Assembly (NCBI GenBank): GCA_032718475.1
Contig: JAUCBJ010003548.1
Span: 62,001-126,000 of the forward strand
Reading direction: 5' to 3'
Source: Nemertoderma westbladi
Taxonomy: Eukaryota > Animalia > Xenacoelomorpha
Length of the DNA: 64,000 nucleotides
The notes under the pieces are model-generated. The model was not told the origin of the DNA. It was given only the letters and a program-made list of their open reading frames with translations, and did no database searches. Below are positions 1-9,160 of this stretch, piece by piece (within the stretch, counting starts at the first letter, position 1; the number at the start of each line of letters is the position of its first letter). A program made the translations under genes and the position numbers.

Positions 1-230
1 CTACACCACGGAGGTACCTGCATCTTTCCGATTGATTTGCTATAGGTGGTAAACTACCTTACGGTTGCTATTGAATACAGACCTCCTTACGGATGGATTT
101 AATCTGTATTCTAATACAGTAGCAGTTATGACCTGTACTGCAAACGAATGTTATTGTATATGTGTTTAACATCCATAGATTGTATAAATTATAAGTAATT
201 AAACAGGACTAAGGATGATCCAACTCTATA

Positions 231-901
231 GGGGCCGTCCAAGTATGACGTCAGCACTTTAGGGGGGGGAGGGGGGTTGGGAAAATCTGATGACGTGCTG
301 ATGAGGGGAGGGGAGGGGGTCAGCCAAAATCTGACGTCAGCATGTTCATTTATAGGTGCTAGAAGAGATATAGCAGAAGAGTAAATAGCTTGCCTATTTT
401 AATTGTTCGAAGCCCCCGAAGGCCCTTAGCACGACCTTCTGTTTCAGTTACCAGTCACCATGTTTCAGTGATTAGGACGCGTGCTACTGGGGTACTGAGG
501 TACTGGGGTTCGCCTGAAAATCAAACATTAATCCTAAGCTAATGATTGTTAAAGACTGCAGTACTGGTTCATTTAGGCCTATTATTAGCTTGTTTGTTTA
601 TTATCATTCATAAACTGCTGTCGCATCAGGTAGAAGTATGTAAACGATAGGCTATCCTACTACAACTCTATACCTTCCTATATAGATAAGCTATGTAACT
701 ACAGCCAGCCCCCGTGCACCCCCCCCTCCAATGCAATATTATACCTTTATCCTGCTGATAATAGTTTATTACAAATTTTTTTTTAATCTGATTTAGGGGG
801 GGGGGGGGGGGGGTCAACGCCTATCTGATGACATCTGATTTAGGGGAGGGAGGGGGTCAACATTTTGGGGAAAAGTGCAGACGTCATACTTGGACGGCCC
901 C
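231..901. mobile_element. Non-autonomous PIF/Harbinger-type MITE (copy 1)
   Basis: TIRs GGGGCCGTCCAAGTATGACGTC / GACGTCATACTTGGACGGCCCC. 3-bp TSD ATA (228-230, 902-904), confirmed by the uninterrupted site 'caactctatagcaaat' in the next repeat unit. A second copy lies at 20941-21321. Confidence 0.85.
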
Positions 902-928
902 ATAGCAAATGGAGCGGAAAAAATGAAT

Positions 929-1001
929 TCGCCACCAGCGGGGATTGAACCCGCGTCTCCCGATAAACGTTCAGGTATGCTAACCACTACACCACGGGGG
1001 T
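929..1001 (-). ncRNA. tRNA-like (tRNA-derived) element within a ~270-bp tandem repeat unit
   Basis: Minus strand reads CCCCCGTGGTGTAGTGGTTAGCATA-CCTGA-ACGTTTA-TCGGG-AGAC-GCGGG-TTCAATC-CCCGC-TGGTGGCG. A box, B box, anticodon stem and T stem are present, followed by a T6 run. The acceptor stem pairs poorly and the anticodon loop is non-canonical. Confidence 0.6.
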
Positions 1002-1376
1002 TACGGTTGCTATTGAATACAGTCCTCCTTACGGATGGATTTAATCTGTATTCTAATACAGTAGCAGTTATGACCTGTACTGCAAACGAATGTTATTGTA
1101 TATGTGTTTAACATCCATAGATTGTATAAATTAATAAGTAATTAAACAGGACTAAGGATGATCCAACTCTATAGCAAATGGAGCGGAAAAAATGAATTCG
1201 CCACCAGCGGGGATTGAACCCGCGTCTCCCGATAAACGTTCAGGTATGCTAACCTATTAGGTAACCGTTCAGGTATACCTGAACGTTTATCGGGAGACGC
1301 GGGTTCAATCCCCGCTGGTGGCGAATTCATTTTTTCCGCTCCATTTGCTATAGAGTTGGATCATCCTTAGTCCTGT

Positions 1377-1567
1377 TTAATTACTTATTAGTTTATTAGA
1401 AATGTTTTCAATTTTTATTTTTACTTTGGATATTGTCCCCTCTCTCCTCATCTGCCTTCCTCTCACTCCCCAAACCCTCTTGATTTTAATTTTGTACCCC
1501 TTTTCCGATTTTTTCACCGAATCTCTGATCAGGGGAGGGGGTGCTTTAGTCTCCTCCTCATGGCGTA
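1377..1567 (-). CDS. Candidate terminal exon of the LDLa-repeat gene (basic C-terminal tail)
   Basis: Acceptor 'ttatag|TA CGC CAT...' is phase 1, matching the donor of exon 6512. The frame is open for 62 codons (IRHEEETKAPPPLIRDSVKKSEKGYKIKIKRVWGVRGRQMRREG...SN*) to TAA at 1379-1377. No homology support. Confidence 0.3.
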
Positions 1568-2125
1568 CTATAATTATTGAGTAAGAGCGGGCTTCGTGGT
1601 GGTGGGAGATTTGAATAGGCTACTATAAAGCCAGGCATCTATAAAGTCTGAAAGCAAGTTCGAAAGGCCTATATAGGACAGAACCTACCAGTATTGTGCA
1701 TTCATTCTTCCAGCAGTTTTTTTTAATTTTTCCCTCGGCAGTACTATCAGACTATGGCATATAATTTAAGTTTACATAAGTTGGCTGGCGAGAGGCGAGT
1801 GGCGACCACCATTCCACTCGCTACGCGATCTTGGTTGTCTTCCTGGCTTTCTTTCTCTTTCTGTTTTTACTAACTATTTTAGTACCAGGCAGCCGGCAGC
1901 CGGGTAGTCCCATATATCTTTCTTCTCTTGTTTAGCAATCTTAGGCCTACTTATTTTGTTGGTTGGGTGATAAAATTATTTTATTGTGTATACAAGTTTG
2001 TAAGTGCGTCACATCTCACTGTCTCACATCAAAAGGCAGAAAGGCGTATTTAAAGTAAAGCTTCTTAACCCCAATACATAGTTTGATTTACCGGTACCGG
2101 TACCGTAATACAGTAATAGTGCAAT

Positions 2126-3070
2126 ATGAATTTATTATTGAGGAGTTTTGTAACCAGTGGATTCCGCAAAGGGAACGATTTTCAGATATATTCGAAACCC
2201 ACCCGATATATACCGGTAACTACTACAGCCTTAAGGAATCACTCCAATCTCAAATTATTTTGTAACTCAACTACTCGAAACTCAATAGGCCTAATAATAC
2301 AACGGCATTATTACCGAGATGGTCCGGCCAGGGTCCCAAAGCGAGTGAAGATATCGAATCATCATCCGAAATACGGCTACCTCGTGTATCTGAACACTGA
2401 CGAAGGTATAACCCATAGGATAATGGGGTTCAATTTCATACCAATAATGGGTCTGTTGGTAGACATACTGCTGGCCACCAGTAGCACAGCCATAGTGACA
2501 GTCGGTGGTCTATTACTAAGTTCCAGTAGGTGGCTATACAATATACAACCAGTAAAACTGGGTCTTTTCACTCCTACACAGTTGTTCGGGGCAACCCTAA
2601 TGACCACGTTTATATTTTGTTTGATTTCCTTTACGTTCCACTTGTTCCTTCAGAACATAGTGCTATTAATGTACAGACACCCGGACACCGGAGTATATAC
2701 TACCGTTAAATGTTCGCGGTGGTGGTTATGGAAGAATTACACGTCATTTGAATTGGATGACATTACTGTAGAATATAAAGAGAACACAATAACTTTGGTG
2801 TTTAGAGACAAGTTGTTTTTATTGGATAAATTCTTTATATTGGATGATTTTAAGTTTATTGACAAGGAGGCGTTATTAGAGGTCGCCAAGGCAGCACAAC
2901 TCCGCGGGATTAGGGAGGGACTGAGGGAGCACCCGGAATGGGAGGAGGGGATGAAGGGGGCGGGAGGTGAGGCGGAGTGGGGAAAGTTAAAGTTGGATAA
3001 AAGGAGGGAAAATATAAAAACGGAGTTAGAGAAAAAACGTAAAGATCGAATGAAACGAGAAACTCGGTAG
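2126..3070 (+). CDS. Intronless mitochondrial inner-membrane protein, TMEM70/TMEM186/TMEM223-like
   Basis: 314 aa. Arg/Ser/Thr-rich N-terminus resembles a mitochondrial presequence, followed by two hydrophobic regions. The segment 'NIVLLMYRHPDTGVYTTV...F..DDI.V...F..K.FLLD' recalls the post-TM region of the TMEM70 family. Charged C-terminal tail. Confidence 0.5.
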   Translation: MNLLLRSFVTSGFRKGNDFQIYSKPTRYIPVTTTALRNHSNLKLFCNSTTRNSIGLIIQRHYYRDGPARVPKRVKISNHHPKYGYLVYLNTDEGITHRIMGFNFIPIMGLLVDILLATSSTAIVTVGGLLLSSSRWLYNIQPVKLGLFTPTQLFGATLMTTFIFCLISFTFHLFLQNIVLLMYRHPDTGVYTTVKCSRWWLWKNYTSFELDDITVEYKENTITLVFRDKLFLLDKFFILDDFKFIDKEALLEVAKAAQLRGIREGLREHPEWEEGMKGAGGEAEWGKLKLDKRRENIKTELEKKRKDRMKRETR

Positions 3071-3733
3071 GGACAGTTTACGGAATAATTTTTTAGTTGT
3101 GTTATAATTATATATAGAATCCCAATGTGTCGATTTTATAGTTTATTGAATATTTAATATCTTTACTGATTTATATTGTTATTCATTTCTATGAAGGGAA
3201 CGTATGCCGGATTAATTTATATTTGTTTGGCCCCCTCCCTGCAGCCAATAATTTATAAACTGAATACAATCTTCTTAATATACCATTAATGTTGAACATA
3301 AGTCAACATTTATTCTCAAAAAATATATTTTTAAATATTAATTATGATGTCATTATTTTTCGAATTAAAATACCCTCTCGTCCCTTAGTGATTCTCGCAC
3401 GCTGTGCTCGGGAGTTCTGGGATTGAGCGGTAAATAAAATAATATATTTACTGTAGAATAAATGATTAATAAATACTTTGTCCCACATACGAGCTAATAT
3501 TAAATTTATGTATTTTTCTAAGCGAACTCTTTATCTCTTTTGTTTAATAAACTGGAAAATTGACAAGTTATATAATGTTTTAACAATAAACTGCGGCAGC
3601 TGGTTGGCTGTTTATATCCGATAGCTTTATTAACTTCAATTTCTAATTTCTGTTATATTTTCCTAAATAATGATTTTCCTAACTGATATTATTATCTTTA
3701 CTGTAATTATTTCGTCATTTCAAGTAATCCACA

Positions 3734-5773
3734 ATGTTGGTTTCGTTGTCTAGTAAACCCGCCCTTGGGACTCTAAGAAGGAATTGGAGTGCTAGAAATA
3801 GTCTCCCCGCGAAACCGCCCTTAGTAACCGTACCCGTCTGCGTAGCAACCGTAAGTCGCTGCTTAACAACCGGGTCTACACGCAAAGAGCGGCCTTCCTA
3901 CACCGACCTAGATGAATACACCCCGGACACGATACGGAACTTCAGTATAATAGCGCACGTAGACCACGGTAAATCCACCCTAGCAGACAGACTGCTGGAA
4001 GCAACCGGCACCATAGTGGGTGACGGTAACGCCAACTCGCAGATACTAGACACCCTACCAGTGGAGCGACAACGAGGTATAACCGTGAAAGCCAACAGTT
4101 CGACGATGTTGTACACCGAACCTACAGGCCGTAAATACATGTTGAACCTTATAGACACTCCGGGGCACGTTGACTTCAGCTTCGAGGTGGAGCGGTCTCT
4201 ATCGGCCTGCCAAGGTGCGGTACTAATAGTGGACGCCTCCAAGGGCGTACAGGCGCAAACACTAGCTAATTACCGTCTAGCTACACAACGATTCGATCTG
4301 GCTATAGTGCCCGTAGTTAATAAAATTGATATTAAAAGTGCGAATGTAGAAGTTTGCGTTAAGCAAGTTGGGGAACTTTGCGGTGTTGACGATGACAAGG
4401 TGTTGAGAGTGTCGAGTAAGTTAGGTGTTGGTGTCGACACAGTTCTCTCTAGTATAGTTTCGTCTATTCCGCCCCCAGCTGGGTCTCGGGAAGCTCCTCT
4501 GGTTTGTCTCATTCACGATTCTTGGTATCTACAACACCGCGGTGCAGTGGCTAGCATCGCGGTGATACACGGTTCCATAGCGACCGGCGACACGGTCACC
4601 ATAGCATCGACCGGGGCCAAGGAGAAGGTGAGAGACTGCGGTGTCTTTCACCCTTTAGAGTTGGTGTCTACAGGGTGTCTTCGAGCTGGCCAGACTGGGT
4701 GGATGGTGGCTGGTGCCAGGCAGTTCCACAGATACACCGTGGGGGAAACGGTGTACGGTGGTGGTGAGGGGGTGCCACCAACACAAGGGGCCCAGAGACC
4801 CGTACACACCCAGAGACCCGTACTCTACGCCGGGTTACACCCAATGGAACCATCTGGGTACCTCGAACTCAAGAAGGCCGTCGACCAACTGGCTCTCAAC
4901 GACCCCAGCGTTACCATTGACGACAGTAAGACCGCGGTCTTCGGCCAAGGATTCCGTCTGGGTTTCGTGGGGCCGCTCCACATGGAGGTCTTCGTACAAC
5001 GTCTCGAGGACGAACACGCCGCTGACGTCATAGTAACCGGGGCAACCGTCCCATACAAGGCGACGCTCGTGACGAAACGTGCGGTGAAACACAATCGCGG
5101 GGAAACTTCCCTAGAAATCTACGACCCTTCAGTTTTTCCCGCTAAAGGAGACGCGGAGATTCTAGAACCAGTCGTCGTGGCGACTATAGTAACGCCTTCG
5201 GTGTACCTAGACGAAGTTATGCAGTTATGCGATGATTGTAGAGGCCATGTAGATCGTGACTTCACAGAATTAGGTAATGATACGACGTCAATAAAACTTA
5301 TATTGCCTTTAAACGAGATCATATCTACAGGATTATTCGAGCGATTGAAATCGTTGAGTTCGGGTTGCGCCAGTTTCGATTATTCGCCGAGCGGTTTCGA
5401 GAGATCAGATATCGTTAAGGTCGAGTTGCATCTGAATAAAGTTCCTTGTGATCAGCTGTCTCTGATATGTCACGCGACCAGGGTGCGTGCGGTTTCTAGG
5501 GCTCTGTGTCTCAAACTCAAGGAGTTACTGCCCCAACAGATAGTCCAGGTAGACATACAGGCGGTGGTCTATGGTCGCGTGGTTGCCAGGGAAACGAAAC
5601 GACCTTACAAGAAGGACGTCACAGCAAAGATAAAGAGTGGAGGTGACAAACTCAGGAAAATGAAACTAATTCGCGAACAGATAGCAGGGAAAAAGAAATT
5701 GAAAAGTATAAACAAAGTTATGGTACCGAAGGAAGTGTTCGCCATGGTTCTACAGATAGGCAAACAGACCTAG
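3734..5773 (+). CDS. GUF1: Mitochondrial translation factor GUF1 (LepA/EF4), intronless CDS
   Basis: IRNFSIIAHVDHGKSTLADRLL, ERQRGITVKA, NLIDTPGHVDF, VNKID, GFRLGFVGPLHMEVF and the LepA C-terminal KDVTAK..GGD..RKMKL..Q..GKKKLK motif. N-terminal presequence. Confidence 0.97.
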   Translation: MLVSLSSKPALGTLRRNWSARNSLPAKPPLVTVPVCVATVSRCLTTGSTRKERPSYTDLDEYTPDTIRNFSIIAHVDHGKSTLADRLLEATGTIVGDGNANSQILDTLPVERQRGITVKANSSTMLYTEPTGRKYMLNLIDTPGHVDFSFEVERSLSACQGAVLIVDASKGVQAQTLANYRLATQRFDLAIVPVVNKIDIKSANVEVCVKQVGELCGVDDDKVLRVSSKLGVGVDTVLSSIVSSIPPPAGSREAPLVCLIHDSWYLQHRGAVASIAVIHGSIATGDTVTIASTGAKEKVRDCGVFHPLELVSTGCLRAGQTGWMVAGARQFHRYTVGETVYGGGEGVPPTQGAQRPVHTQRPVLYAGLHPMEPSGYLELKKAVDQLALNDPSVTIDDSKTAVFGQGFRLGFVGPLHMEVFVQRLEDEHAADVIVTGATVPYKATLVTKRAVKHNRGETSLEIYDPSVFPAKGDAEILEPVVVATIVTPSVYLDEVMQLCDDCRGHVDRDFTELGNDTTSIKLILPLNEIISTGLFERLKSLSSGCASFDYSPSGFERSDIVKVELHLNKVPCDQLSLICHATRVRAVSRALCLKLKELLPQQIVQVDIQAVVYGRVVARETKRPYKKDVTAKIKSGGDKLRKMKLIREQIAGKKKLKSINKVMVPKEVFAMVLQIGKQT

Positions 5774-6476
5774 AAGGGTTCGTCATGGTTCTACAGATAG
5801 GCAAACAGACCTAGAAGTGTTCGCCATGGTTCTACAGATAGGCAAACAGACCTAGAAGTGTTCGCCATGGTTCTACAGATAGGCAAACAGACCTAGAAGT
5901 GTTCGCCATGGTTCTACAGATAGGCAAACAGACCTAGAAGTGTTCGCCATGGTTCTACAGATAGGCAAACAGACCTAGAAGTGTTCGCCATGGTTCTACA
6001 GATAGGCAAACAGACCTAGAAGTGTTCGCCATGGTTCTACAGATAGGCAAGCAGACCTAGAAGTGTTCGCCATGGTTCTACAGATAGGTAAACAGACCTA
6101 GAAGTGTTCGCCATGGTTCTACAGATAGGCAAACAGACCTAGAAGTGTTCGCCATGGTTCTACAGATAGGCAAACAGACCTAGAAGTGTTCGCCATGGTT
6201 CTACAGATAGGTAAACAGACCTAGAAGTGTTCGCCATGGTTCTACAGATAGGCAAACAGACCTCGAAGGGTTCGTCATGGTTCTACAGATAGGTAAACAG
6301 ACCTCGAAGGGTTCGTCATGGTTCTACAGATAGGTAAACAGACCTAGACGGGTTCGCCATGGTTCTACAGATAGTAGACGGGTTCGCCATGGTTCTACAG
6401 ATAGGCAAACAGACCTAGAAGTGTTCGCCATGGTTCTACAGACAGGCAAACAGACCTAGACGGGTTCGCGATGGTT
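5732..6476 (+). repeat. 41-bp minisatellite (~18 units) starting inside the GUF1 CDS
   Basis: Unit GAAGTGTTCGCCATGGTTCTACAGATAGGCAAACAGACCTA. The first unit encodes EVFAMVLQIGKQT plus the TAG stop. Confidence 0.95.
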
Positions 6477-6511
6477 TTGCTTTTGATTAAGTTATTATGT
6501 AAGCGACTTAC

Positions 6512-6652
6512 TGCAGCTGATGGGTTCGTCGGAACTTCTGTTTGTACCAGTCCACTGCTGATCGTTACAATCGTCGAGATAATCACAAGCCAGAGATCGC
6601 GAGATACAATCGCCGGTAAAACATCTGTGCTGGTTGAACTTGCAGTCATCAT
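6512..6652 (-). CDS. LDLa-repeat gene, exon E (LDL-receptor class A module)
   Basis: tttag|...|gtaagt, 141 bp, phase 1-1. Encodes (Y)DDCKFNQHRCFTGDCISRSLACDYLDDCNDQQWTGTNRSSDEPISC: six Cys and SDE. Confidence 0.85.
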
Positions 6653-6868
6653 CTAAATATGTTACGATATACGTTTATATATTTAATAATAAATAATTAT
6701 TAAAATAATTAGTATTATATGATAAGTTGGGCGGTATCCCAAACTACTCAACTTAATTTTACTTACTGAGCGGTGGGGGGGGGGGGGGGATATTTAAGGC
6801 TGAAGTCATGAAGATTGTAATATTTATCTATCTATTATGTGAGCGTGACTGGGGGTTGTTATACTAAC

Positions 6869-6997
6869 ATTGTTTGCAGTCCCATTCGTCACTTCCATCT
6901 CTACAGTCAGCTGTTCCGTCGCATCTTCTTTGTGGCGGTTGACATTCCCCGCCAGACGAACAATGAAACGAGCGGTCGCTGCACTCGTGGGTGTTGT
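6869..6997 (-). CDS. LDLa-repeat gene, exon D
   Basis: ttggcag|...|gttagt, 129 bp, phase 1-1. Encodes (D)NTHECSDRSFHCSSGGECQPPQRRCDGTADCRDGSDEWDCKQ, with canonical CDG..DC.DGSDE. Confidence 0.9.
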
Positions 6998-7206
6998 CTG
7001 CCAAATATAAACAAATTATTAACGCTGACATGTAACGCGAAATATTACACGTAGAGTTAGGATGAAAAAGAGACGAGCCATGAAGTAAGAATGGGTGACA
7101 AATTTAACATAACAAAACAAATTTAACTGCTATTGAACGCAATTAATTAAACATATTTAACTGCTATTTAACGCAAATAAACATATTTACGCGTAATTAG
7201 ACTTAC

Positions 7207-7324
7207 CGCAGTCCATTTCTTCATCGCTGTTATCCAAACAATCCTTCTGACTATCGCAAACCCAATTCTTAGGAATACAAGTACCTTCACCCCGACAGGT
7301 GAATTGGGTTTCATCATCGCACTG
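7207..7324 (-). CDS. LDLa-repeat gene, exon C
   Basis: NAGNAG acceptor (tttag|cag|), donor gtaagt, phase 0-1. Encodes (Q)[38 protein letters not shown]. Confidence 0.9.
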
Positions 7325-7499
7325 CTAAATAAGGAAAACATTGTATGTAAAATAGTATATAATACATAGATTAAGGTGCCGTGCTGATATGATTAATGGG
7401 GAACAACCACACCACTAAATCAAATTACTGGTTAGCAAGCAGGAAATTATAACAGCAGTTGCATCATCGTACCAACTCTGTTCTAACTGACACTTTGCA

Positions 7500-8020
7500 G
7501 AAGAAATTCTACCTGACCATAGCTGCGTGTTTCAGTCTGCCACTAGGAGGCGAAATGTTTGAATGTGAAAATGTAATCCTACAGTATTTTGTTATTAATA
7601 ATGATTTTTAGAGGTCCTATACAGAAAAAGTTTATAATTTGCTGATACCAATCAGAGTATACTACACCGTAGGGTGTGTATTTGGGGAGACGATGACCAA
7701 TCTACAGTTCCCCAGTCTGCCGCTATTAGGGGATGAAATGTTTGAAAGAGGAAACCTACAATTTTGCTGATTATGAATGCTTTTTTTGCTGATACTTGGC
7801 ATTTGGCAGAGGACTACTACACCATAGCCTTCGTGTTTGGGGAGGACGCTAACCAGTGCAGAATTATCCAGTCTGCCACTAGGGGGCGAAATGTCTGAAA
7901 TTAAAACCTTCCATTTTAATACGATAGAGTTCCTGGAGTGACCTACTGCACTATAGGTTATGTTTGCGAGGACGCTAACCACTACTCTGCAGTTATACAG
8001 TTTTCCACTAAGGGGAAAAT
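7500..8020 (+). repeat. Degenerate core repeats related to the internal array of the element at 43320-44588
   Basis: Recurring 'cagtctgcc(a/g)ctaggggg-cgaaatgt' at about 7535, 7715, 7870 and 8000; the same motif occurs in 43580-44480. Confidence 0.55.
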
Positions 8021-8248
8021 ATCACACACAGATTAAACCTTTTCCAATTTTATTATTTGTAATCCATTGGAGGTGTTACTTGGTAGGTATCTACTACAAC
8101 ATAAAGCCTTATGTTTATTATTGTATGTAGCTGCAACTAAAACGGGATCAGTCTGTTAGTCTTATGTAAAGTTTTGTTAAGTTAATTAATTAATTTATTT
8201 ATGTTTGATATTGTCCATTTTATTGATTGACTGAATAGAAGCTTGTGA

Positions 8249-8286
8249 ACTAGAAAGCCGCGGCCGAAGGCCACGGGCTTTCTAGT
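8249..8286. mobile_element. Helitron-terminus-like hairpin (ACTAG...palindrome...CTAGT)
   Basis: actagaaagccgcggccgaaggccacgggctttctagt folds as a nearly complete hairpin ending in CTAG-T. A similar motif lies at 59962-60000. Confidence 0.4.
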
Positions 8287-8654
8287 ATTGTCATAATTTT
8301 GCGACATGCATGAAATATTATTTGGCCGGCCGTTTCCACTGGGTGAGCTACAATATTTATTCTTGCTTCAAACTTTTGCAACAAACGTTTGAATAAAGTG
8401 TCAACTCCATAAATTATTAATATTTCAACTATTCTTTCTCCGTTTTTGTGATTTATTTCATGATAAATAGCTGATATATGAAAGGTAGAATATGGAATGT
8501 TATTTAAAAACTACGTGAGGCTATTTAGTTTTCCACTTTCACTACCCAATCTCTTCTGTTTCCGGTGTATATAATGACGTTTGTCTGTTCCATAAAACGA
8601 GGACCAAATCGAGTTAACAAAAATGTATGAATTTATTGTGTTATAGTATACATA

Positions 8655-9120
8655 CATACCTATAACCCACCCCCATAGCCTCCATACATACCTATAACCC
8701 ACCCCCACAGCCTCCATCCATACCTATAACCCACCGCCACAGCCTCCATCCATACCTATAACCCACCGCCCCAGCCTCCATCCATACCTATAACCCACCC
8801 CCATAGCCTCCATCCATACCTATAACCCACCCCCACAGCGTCCATCCATACCTATAACCCACCCCCACAGCCTCCATCCATACCTATAACCCACCCCCAC
8901 AGCCTCCATCCATACCTATAACCCACCCCCACAGCCTCCATCCATACCTATAACCCACCCCCACAGCCTCCATCCATACATAACCCACCCCCACAGCCTC
9001 CATACATACCTATAACCCACCCCAACAGCCTCCATCCATACCTATAACCCACCCCCACAGCCTCCATCCATACCTATAACCCACCGCCACAGCCCCCATC
9101 CATACCTAAAACCCATCGCC
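8655..9120. repeat. 32-bp minisatellite immediately 3' of the glycosyltransferase stop
   Basis: Unit TACCTATAACCCACCCCCACAGCCTCCATCCA, about 14 copies. Confidence 0.95.
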
Positions 9121-9160
9121 CTCAGCCAATCATATTCAACGATATTTATTTCTGCACAAT

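Larger units (their letters stand above)
1..1390. repeat. Tandem ~270-bp tRNA-containing units (1-230, 902-1171, 1172-1254) plus an inverted copy (1275-1390)
   Basis: 61-230 matches 1002-1171 and 902-984 matches 1171-1253. 1275-1390 is the reverse complement of about 1132-1246. Confidence 0.85.

Noticed and set aside
929-1001. Functional tRNA-Asn(GTT)
   Set aside because: The acceptor stem does not pair, U33 and purine-37 are absent, and the sequence is part of a repeat unit.
3898-5322. Antisense and alternative-frame ORFs inside GUF1
   Set aside because: Shadow ORFs of a GC-richer coding region.
3734-5773. Bacterial lepA contamination or horizontal transfer
   Set aside because: It has a mitochondrial-type N-terminal extension and is embedded among spliceosomal exons and animal repeats.
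6395-6656. ORF-track proteins at 6395-6652 (-) and 6471-6656 (+)
   Set aside because: Wrong frames; the sequence is better explained as LDLa exon E in another minus-strand frame.
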